A stretch of DNA of 64,000 nucleotides from Candidatus Latescibacterota bacterium (GTDB lineage: Bacteria > Latescibacterota > UBA2968 > UBA8231). Where the stretch lies: the NCBI GenBank assembly GCA_965197905.1, contig CBDAOB010000005.1, positions 2,304,001-2,368,000 of the forward strand, given 5' to 3'. Shown piece by piece: positions 58,243-64,000 of the stretch. A program made the translations under genes and the position numbers. The notes beneath the pieces are model-generated. The model did no database searches, was not told the DNA's origin, and was given only the letters and a program-made list of their open reading frames with translations. Each line of letters opens with the position of its first letter. Position 1 is the stretch's first letter.

Positions 58243-61200
58243 TTACGCCGCATTGCTGTCGCGGATACGTTGAGAGAGGATGCGCATCATGTTGAAGGCG
58301 ATGGAGGAATAACGGCGAAGAATACGTTCGAGACTGGACCGCTCCAGAGATAGAAGGTGTACGTCCTCGATGGTGACCACCGAAGCGGACCGAGGCTCGT
58401 CGTCCAAAAGTGCCATCTCGCCAAACACCTCTCGTTCGGCAAACAGCGCGACCCGTTGCGTCTTGTCGGCCTCGTCCTCCGCAGCCTTGCGGACCTCGAG
58501 CTGGCCCCGAACCACGATGTACATCTTGTCTCCCAATGTACCTTCCTGGATCACGGTGGTATCGGCCCGAACCGTCTCCTCCTGCATCGAAGAGGCTATA
58601 TGATACAGCTCCTCGAGCGGCAGCGCAGCGAAGAATTGCGACTGTTTCAGGAAGGTGATCTTGTCCATCGTGGTGAGCGGGAGGTGCTCTTGTGCGGCCA
58701 CCGATACCCCCTGTTCCTGAAGTTCGGAGAGGGCTTCCTGAACCAGCGGGTCGAGCCCAGCCCGGTCCCCAGGGAAGAGAGACTGTTTGTCCAGAACGAA
58801 GATGCTCCAAACCGCAGCCAGCTGAGTCCACGGATCTGGAACGGTCAAAAGATACCTTAGCACGTCGTCTACGTCCACAGATTGCCACCCCGACAGCTCT
58901 TCGGCAACAGCACGCCGTTCCGGATTCTCGTCCTCCAGAAGCGGAATGAGGTACTCCATCAACTCTCGGTCGGCAATGTTCTCCAGCAACTCGATGGAAT
59001 TCTCGCGGGCTTCGGCGTTGTCTTCGCTCAACCGCTCGATCAGGTCGTTCACGACGCCTACATCGCTCATATGTCCCAGCAGGCGGATAACGCCGTCCTG
59101 CACAATCCTGTTTTGACCTTTCAGCTGGTCTACTAGAAGCTCCAGCTCCCCTGAGACATCCAGGTCACGCAGGATCTCTATGGCAACAAGGTACCGGTTT
59201 GCCTGGGTCAGGCGGCCCTTGCAGGCATCGAGTACCTCCGCCATCGTCGAGCGCTCCTCGATCTCCGACAATGCCGCCATCAGCCCGACCCACTCGCTCA
59301 ATGGACGCCTGTCCAACATGGATACCATCTCGACCCTTTGCGCCGGTTCTGCGAAGGTCTTGAGGCCTTCGACAGCCTTTGACACCACGTCTGGATCGGG
59401 ATCGGCGAGCAGCCCGAGCACCTCGTCGAACACCCCTTCATGGGAATAGTCCGTGAAATTGGCCGCCACGGCTTCGCGAACCGCAGGATGCGGATGGCCG
59501 GCTAGTTCCAGCATTCGTCCGTAGTGGGAGCTGTCTCTCATTGAACCAGCCGTCTCGATACCGGCGATGATCGCTTCCGTCTCCTCGCTGCCGAGTAACT
59601 CCCTAAGCTTGCTATCTCGTTGATCCGCTGAGGGATTGTGGTGCAGTCGATCGAGAATATTGAGAAATTCAGCCTGAACGGTCGCGGCGTCATCATCCGC
59701 GGCGATGCGAGGCAAAACCGCGTCAGTAATGCGCTGTTGCACCGCCTCGATCGGCAGCTGTGTCCCATTGCCATTCTGGCCGCTCCCCAGGAGCCGCGAA
59801 AGCGCACGAGCCGAGCTCAGTCTCACCTCCGGATCATCGTCGTCGATGCGAGGGATCACGGTGTCGATCATGCCAGTGTCGCCACCGTGTGGATTTAACG
59901 CTTCGAGGGCGGAAGAGCGGATGCGCGGATTCTCGTGTTCGACCAACGGCAGGCAAACGGCTTCGGCTGCGGGACCGGGATTCTTGCGCAGAATCTCGAT
60001 TCCCATTTGCCGCACACCGTCGTCGGTGTGCACCAAGAGATCCCGCGGAACCTCGGGTGCCCTGGACAGGACCTGCCCAAGTGCTTGCATCGCTTGCTCG
60101 TCGTCGACGTCGATGTCTTGCTCGCGTACCGCGCGCACCAACACGTCAGTGTAGCTGTATTTCAGATACCAACCAGCAACCAGCATCACACCACCGATCA
60201 AGGTGAGAACGAGAAAGAGCTGATCGAGGCTCAGAAACGCTCGCGCATGCAGCAGGGTCACTCCGGCACCTACGAGGCCGCCGAGCAGCATGAACCCGCC
60301 CTCCATGATCATGCGTGTCCCGTCGCTATTGCGGCTCGGGACCAGTTTGATCAGCACCTGGTAGGTGGGCGCGATCACGCTGTCCAACAACAGGTAGTTG
60401 ACCAGGTTGAAGGCGAATATCGCGGCGACTGCCGAGAGGGGAAGAATGCCGGAGAAACCGCTGTAAAGGGCGATGGAGATAACGCCGTATACCACACAGA
60501 CCCACATGTAGACGTTCCCGGTACCCAACCAGCGCAGAACAAGACGCAGCAGAAAGGTGGAGAAAATCAAGGTCGCTACCCCCGTGGTACCGTAGAAGAG
60601 ACCAAAAAACGAGGTGATCTCGGATTCAGAAGAGTAGTGCTGACGAACGACGACGTTGAAGCCGTAATGGATGGCGGTGTAGATCGCGAATATGGCGATC
60701 GAAAGTAGGAACAGCAGCTTCAGATAACCGGAGTGACCGAGATATCGGAGGTTTTCGCCGATCGTCGCGGCGGTCTCCCCCTGATCATCTTGCTGGGAGA
60801 CGAAGTAGCGTCGGACCAGGGGCCGCAGGAGCAGAATGATTAGAAACATGTTGGCTACTGCTAGACCGTACAAAGCGTACGCGTCCAGCCTTGAACCCAA
60901 CAGTCTAACGGCAAAACCGCCGACGATATCGCCGAGAATCGCGCTGGCCGCGAGCAGTGGAAAGAGAACCTTTGCCCTGGAGGTATAACAGATGCCACCG
61001 GCAACGATCCATATGTGAAACCCCACCAAACTGCGCGCCAGCTCCGAGGAAACGAAAAGGAACGGGTAAAAGCCGGTCCCTTGCAGCTCCCATCCTCCCG
61101 CGCTCTGGCGGTGGAGAAAGAGGCTGTTTACCAACAGCAGTACGGTGACAAATCCGAGCAGGCCGAAGAGCAACCGTTGTCGCGCCACCTTTGCGGTCAG

Positions 61201-61416
61201 CCAGGACAGGACGGCCATGCCCAAAGCAAAGAGAACGGCTATCCAGCTGTACATCACCGGAAGGTGGTCGACGCCGACGCGGACATTGAAAACGGCAGCG
61301 GCTACGCTCTTGACGATGCCGTCGTTGACGGATACGAGAATGAAAATGGATGCCGCGTGAACCAGGCGTGGCACTTCGTTCCGCCTCAAGCTCAGCAGTC
61401 GAAGTATGCGATTCAT
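58243..61416 (-). CDS. Npt/TLC-like (MFS-type) membrane domain + HEAT repeats + C-terminal cyclic-nucleotide-binding domain
   Basis: About 12 hydrophobic segments in the first ~420 aa; HEAT units (HENPRIRSSALEAL, DDDPEVRLSSARAL, HPHPAVREA); cNMP motif FGEMALLDDEPRSASV. Confidence 0.82.
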   Translation of the reverse strand: MNRILRLLSLRRNEVPRLVHAASIFILVSVNDGIVKSVAAAVFNVRVGVDHLPVMYSWIAVLFALGMAVLSWLTAKVARQRLLFGLLGFVTVLLLVNSLFLHRQSAGGWELQGTGFYPFLFVSSELARSLVGFHIWIVAGGICYTSRAKVLFPLLAASAILGDIVGGFAVRLLGSRLDAYALYGLAVANMFLIILLLRPLVRRYFVSQQDDQGETAATIGENLRYLGHSGYLKLLFLLSIAIFAIYTAIHYGFNVVVRQHYSSESEITSFFGLFYGTTGVATLIFSTFLLRLVLRWLGTGNVYMWVCVVYGVISIALYSGFSGILPLSAVAAIFAFNLVNYLLLDSVIAPTYQVLIKLVPSRNSDGTRMIMEGGFMLLGGLVGAGVTLLHARAFLSLDQLFLVLTLIGGVMLVAGWYLKYSYTDVLVRAVREQDIDVDDEQAMQALGQVLSRAPEVPRDLLVHTDDGVRQMGIEILRKNPGPAAEAVCLPLVEHENPRIRSSALEALNPHGGDTGMIDTVIPRIDDDDPEVRLSSARALSRLLGSGQNGNGTQLPIEAVQQRITDAVLPRIAADDDAATVQAEFLNILDRLHHNPSADQRDSKLRELLGSEETEAIIAGIETAGSMRDSSHYGRMLELAGHPHPAVREAVAANFTDYSHEGVFDEVLGLLADPDPDVVSKAVEGLKTFAEPAQRVEMVSMLDRRPLSEWVGLMAALSEIEERSTMAEVLDACKGRLTQANRYLVAIEILRDLDVSGELELLVDQLKGQNRIVQDGVIRLLGHMSDVGVVNDLIERLSEDNAEARENSIELLENIADRELMEYLIPLLEDENPERRAVAEELSGWQSVDVDDVLRYLLTVPDPWTQLAAVWSIFVLDKQSLFPGDRAGLDPLVQEALSELQEQGVSVAAQEHLPLTTMDKITFLKQSQFFAALPLEELYHIASSMQEETVRADTTVIQEGTLGDKMYIVVRGQLEVRKAAEDEADKTQRVALFAEREVFGEMALLDDEPRSASVVTIEDVHLLSLERSSLERILRRYSSIAFNMMRILSQRIRDSNAA

Positions 61417-61454
61417 CGGCGACGGAGGGGGAGATCCCAGTTCAAGTGTCGCAG

Positions 61455-62492
61455 CTAGTCATCGGCGTTTTTGTTCCAGACATCGACCATTTGCGGCCCT
61501 TCGGCGATATAGTCGTTGGTGGCCACGTCGTCCATTTCCCGCAGACGTGCGGTGACCTCCGATATGCGGCGAACCTGCTTCTCGATCGTGTGCAGCTTCG
61601 TTAGAAGCTTCTCGTCCAAATCCGGGTTCAGCAGGCGCATGGTCTGGGCGTTGTTCGAGATGATGTTGAGCGGATTGTTGATCTCGTGATTCACGGTGAT
61701 GACCATCTGCCCGATGGTCGCGAGTTTTTCCACCCGCAGAAGTTCCCGCTCCAGACGGGTCTGCTCCGAAACATCCTCACATACGAGCATCGCCCCCACG
61801 GTTTGCTGCTCCCTGTCGATCAAGGGTGTAGCCATCGTGGAAAGTACCAGATCGCCGTCCGCTGTGGCGAAGGTTTCCCGGTGTTCCTCGACGCGCTCCT
61901 TTGTCCGGGCAGCCGATTCACACAGGGATTGCCACTTATTTCCGAGTTCACCGGGCAGGGATTCCCCGAGGGTAATTCCGACGGCATCCACCAGATCCAA
62001 CCCAGACCCCAAACGCACAAGAAAATCCAATTGCCGTTTGTTGATCGATGTTATGCGCAGTCCCTCATTCAAGACGACAACCCCCAACGGAATGTTGTCC
62101 AACATCTGCTCAAGGTGGCGTCTGGCGTTGGTTAGAATCTCCTCCGACATGGAGCGATGAGTTATATCCTCGAAAAGCACGGCAAATCGCTCCCCCGTCG
62201 AACCCGTCGCCGCCACCTCCACCTCGTAAGCTCGTCCCCGGTGGCTCCAGGTGAACCGCTCCTCGGCGCCGGCCCCAACGAGTCGCGCAGTGGCAAGCGC
62301 AATCGCGTCTCCGAGATCGGCACACTCCTCGATCGCCGCAGACAGCAGCGAACAAGATTCGCGGGAATCGACTTGAGTTGAAAGCCCGAAAAGGACGCGG
62401 ATCTTGTTGCTAAAGGCACGCACCTCCAATCCTCCGTCGACGACCACCAACGGTCGCGGGAAGCTCGCGACTAACTCGGATGCGAAATCCAC
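61455..62492 (-). CDS. PAS-PAS-HisKA protein lacking the HATPase_c domain
   Basis: PAS starts (PRPLVVVD, PLGVVVLN, EDITH, EDVSE); H-box VNHEINNPL; ends ~75 aa later with no N/G1/F/G2 boxes. Confidence 0.82.
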   Translation of the reverse strand: MDFASELVASFPRPLVVVDGGLEVRAFSNKIRVLFGLSTQVDSRESCSLLSAAIEECADLGDAIALATARLVGAGAEERFTWSHRGRAYEVEVAATGSTGERFAVLFEDITHRSMSEEILTNARRHLEQMLDNIPLGVVVLNEGLRITSINKRQLDFLVRLGSGLDLVDAVGITLGESLPGELGNKWQSLCESAARTKERVEEHRETFATADGDLVLSTMATPLIDREQQTVGAMLVCEDVSEQTRLERELLRVEKLATIGQMVITVNHEINNPLNIISNNAQTMRLLNPDLDEKLLTKLHTIEKQVRRISEVTARLREMDDVATNDYIAEGPQMVDVWNKNADD

Positions 62493-62502
62493 GAGGTCTT
62501 CC

Positions 62503-63339
62503 TCAGGACGACCGCAGGTGTGCCAGATCCCGATGCATGTCCCCCATCAACGCTCCGATCGAGTCGAGATCCAAATCGAGTACCCCCAGCGCCTCCGGCT
62601 CCAGGCGCGGGATCCTGGCATCCCCTCCGTTGCCTAACGCCTCGGCGCGGCAGAGGATATCGGCCAGGTGAACCACCGCGGTGCGCTGCGCATGTTCCCT
62701 GCGAGGTCGAAAATCGTGGTGATCGATTATCGGTTCGACCAGTTGCGGCGGTAGCGTCCACTCCTCCAGGAACCATCCACCGAGAGCGCCGTGATTGAAT
62801 CCCAACACCTCCTCTTCCGCTTCGCAGAACAACATTTCCTTCTTGTCGATGCGCAGGCGAATGCGGTGGAAGTCATTCTCCAGCGACTGACACAACACTA
62901 CTTTGCCGAGATCGTGCAACAGGCCGATAACACTCAGCTCCTCGGGATCGGGTAGCTGCGCTCGTTCGGCAATCATGATACAGGCTCGGGCGCAAGCCAG
63001 GGAATGGCCCCAAAGTCCGGGAAGCGATTCTTCCATAATTTCCAGCACGGAAGAACTGAGAACGAGGCTTTTCGCCGCATCGAAACCGAGCATCGTCACT
63101 GCGTGGGAAACCGTGGAGATCGGTTTCGAAAAGCCATAGAATCCTGAGTTCACCAGCTTCAGGATCTTGGCGCACAACACCTGGTCTTTGGCCAACTCCT
63201 CACCCAACTGACGTCCGGTGGTGGAGGGATCGTCGACGATCTCGATGACCCGGGCGACGACGCCCGGCAGGGTCGGAAGATTGCTCGCCCGGGAGATACG
63301 TTTGCGGATGTGCTCTTTTCTGACGTCCAGGTCGGACAT
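62503..63339 (-). CDS. HDOD domain protein
   Basis: LPTLP, KILKLVNSGFYG, LWGHS, GLLHDLGK, W.LP, HLAD. Confidence 0.92.
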   Translation of the reverse strand: MSDLDVRKEHIRKRISRASNLPTLPGVVARVIEIVDDPSTTGRQLGEELAKDQVLCAKILKLVNSGFYGFSKPISTVSHAVTMLGFDAAKSLVLSSSVLEIMEESLPGLWGHSLACARACIMIAERAQLPDPEELSVIGLLHDLGKVVLCQSLENDFHRIRLRIDKKEMLFCEAEEEVLGFNHGALGGWFLEEWTLPPQLVEPIIDHHDFRPRREHAQRTAVVHLADILCRAEALGNGGDARIPRLEPEALGVLDLDLDSIGALMGDMHRDLAHLRSS

Positions 63340-63343
63340 GAGC

Positions 63344-63643
63344 TCACGCCCGTTTCGACAAATGTTTCTTTGCCGTTTCCTTGATGTACATCATAAGCGA
63401 ATCGTCCTCAAGGCCGGCGAATCGACGGTCCAGCTCTTCCAAGCGCTCCGCGGCGGGACCGGCAATTTCGCCAGCCCCCGATCCTTCCACTGCAAGAGTA
63501 GTAATACCCCAACTCTGCATTCGACTCACCACCGCGGGAGACAAACGTGCGCCTTTGGGAAGGAGCACCTTGCCCTCGACATTCAGGAGCGGTTCCGAGA
63601 GGATGTCGCCCACCTTTGCCTGATCGACTGAGATCGTCTGCAT
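63344..63643 (-). CDS. Small protein resembling the N-terminal module of HD-GYP/HDOD proteins
   Basis: ISVDQAKVGDILSEPL...GKVLLPKGARL...WGIT.L.V pattern; 4 nt upstream of the HDOD gene. Confidence 0.7.
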   Translation of the reverse strand: MQTISVDQAKVGDILSEPLLNVEGKVLLPKGARLSPAVVSRMQSWGITTLAVEGSGAGEIAGPAAERLEELDRRFAGLEDDSLMMYIKETAKKHLSKRA

Positions 63644-63654
63644 ACCTTGAACCT

Positions 63655-64000
63655 TCAGTTCCCCTCCGCCAAGTTTGCCCGCTCCCAATAACTCTTAAAC
63701 TGCCCGCGGATCCACTGCATCGACGAGGAGCAAATGGCGTTGAAACCACCCCAGGTCCAGCGCAAAGGCCATTCCTTAGCGCTACTGATCTTGTGAAAGA
63801 TTCGCCAGCGATCCGAATTGGCCAGCTCGGCCTCTCTACTCAAACGGATGAGCTCGCGTTCGTACCTCGAGTGTATGAGGTTTTCGGCATGGCGCTCGAG
63901 TTTCTCCGGTTCGACGACAGTCACCCTTGGACAAATCATGCCCGATTCACGCAAAATGAATCCATGAATCCAATCCTCGGGCACGTTGCCTTTGCTTTTC
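63655..64000 (-). CDS. 5'-partial hypothetical protein
   Basis: Frame open to the window end; stop 11 nt before the next gene's ATG; no motif recognised. Confidence 0.5.
   Translation of the reverse strand, partial: KSKGNVPEDWIHGFILRESGMICPRVTVVEPEKLERHAENLIHSRYERELIRLSREAELANSDRWRIFHKISSAKEWPLRWTWGGFNAICSSSMQWIRGQFKSYWERANLAEGN

Noticed and set aside
1..64000. CRISPR arrays, tRNA/rRNA genes, prophage or transposase genes
   Set aside because: Intergenic gaps are short and show no regularly spaced direct repeats or cloverleaf signatures, and no ORF has integrase, transposase or phage motifs; checked by eye only.

Overview
A gene-dense, GC-rich (roughly 60% by eye) bacterial chromosomal segment with about 57 CDSs. 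I saw no rRNA, tRNA, CRISPR array, transposase or phage genes. LptE, DsbD and a beta-barrel fragment indicate a diderm. The sulfatase, heparinase II/III, phytanoyl-CoA dioxygenase and DUF5069 content suggests an uncultured marine or sediment heterotroph such as Latescibacterota, but that placement is inference. Housekeeping genes include pgi, gnd, aroA, rarA, gdhA, ctpA, lipA, mnmG, adk and dusB. Three accessory modules stand out. (1) At 31.8-40.2 kb, a FadR/GntR-regulated corrinoid methyl-transfer cassette: an unknown internally duplicated 2x FxCGxxH protein, a Zn-type MtaA/CmuA methyltransferase, a corrinoid protein, a RACo/ASKHA activator with an extra Cys4 N-terminal module, a MetF-MetV fusion, an AcsE-like pterin methyltransferase and a small PF13769-like protein, translationally coupled to mnmG. 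It looks like a complete demethylation route to H4folate for an unknown substrate and is the best candidate for an undescribed system. (2) At 10.0-16.5 kb, soxBDAG/mgdABCD-like genes overlapping a GlnT/GmaS-type synthetase, i.e. an N-methylglutamate-pathway module without local mgsABC. (3) At 58.2-64 kb, a signalling operon with an HDOD protein, a PAS-HisKA protein lacking the ATPase domain and a transporter-HEAT-cNMP fusion. Also noted are a ~150-bp MITE-like element and a homopolymer frameshift in a heparinase-family gene. All family calls come from motif recognition by eye; no database searches were run.
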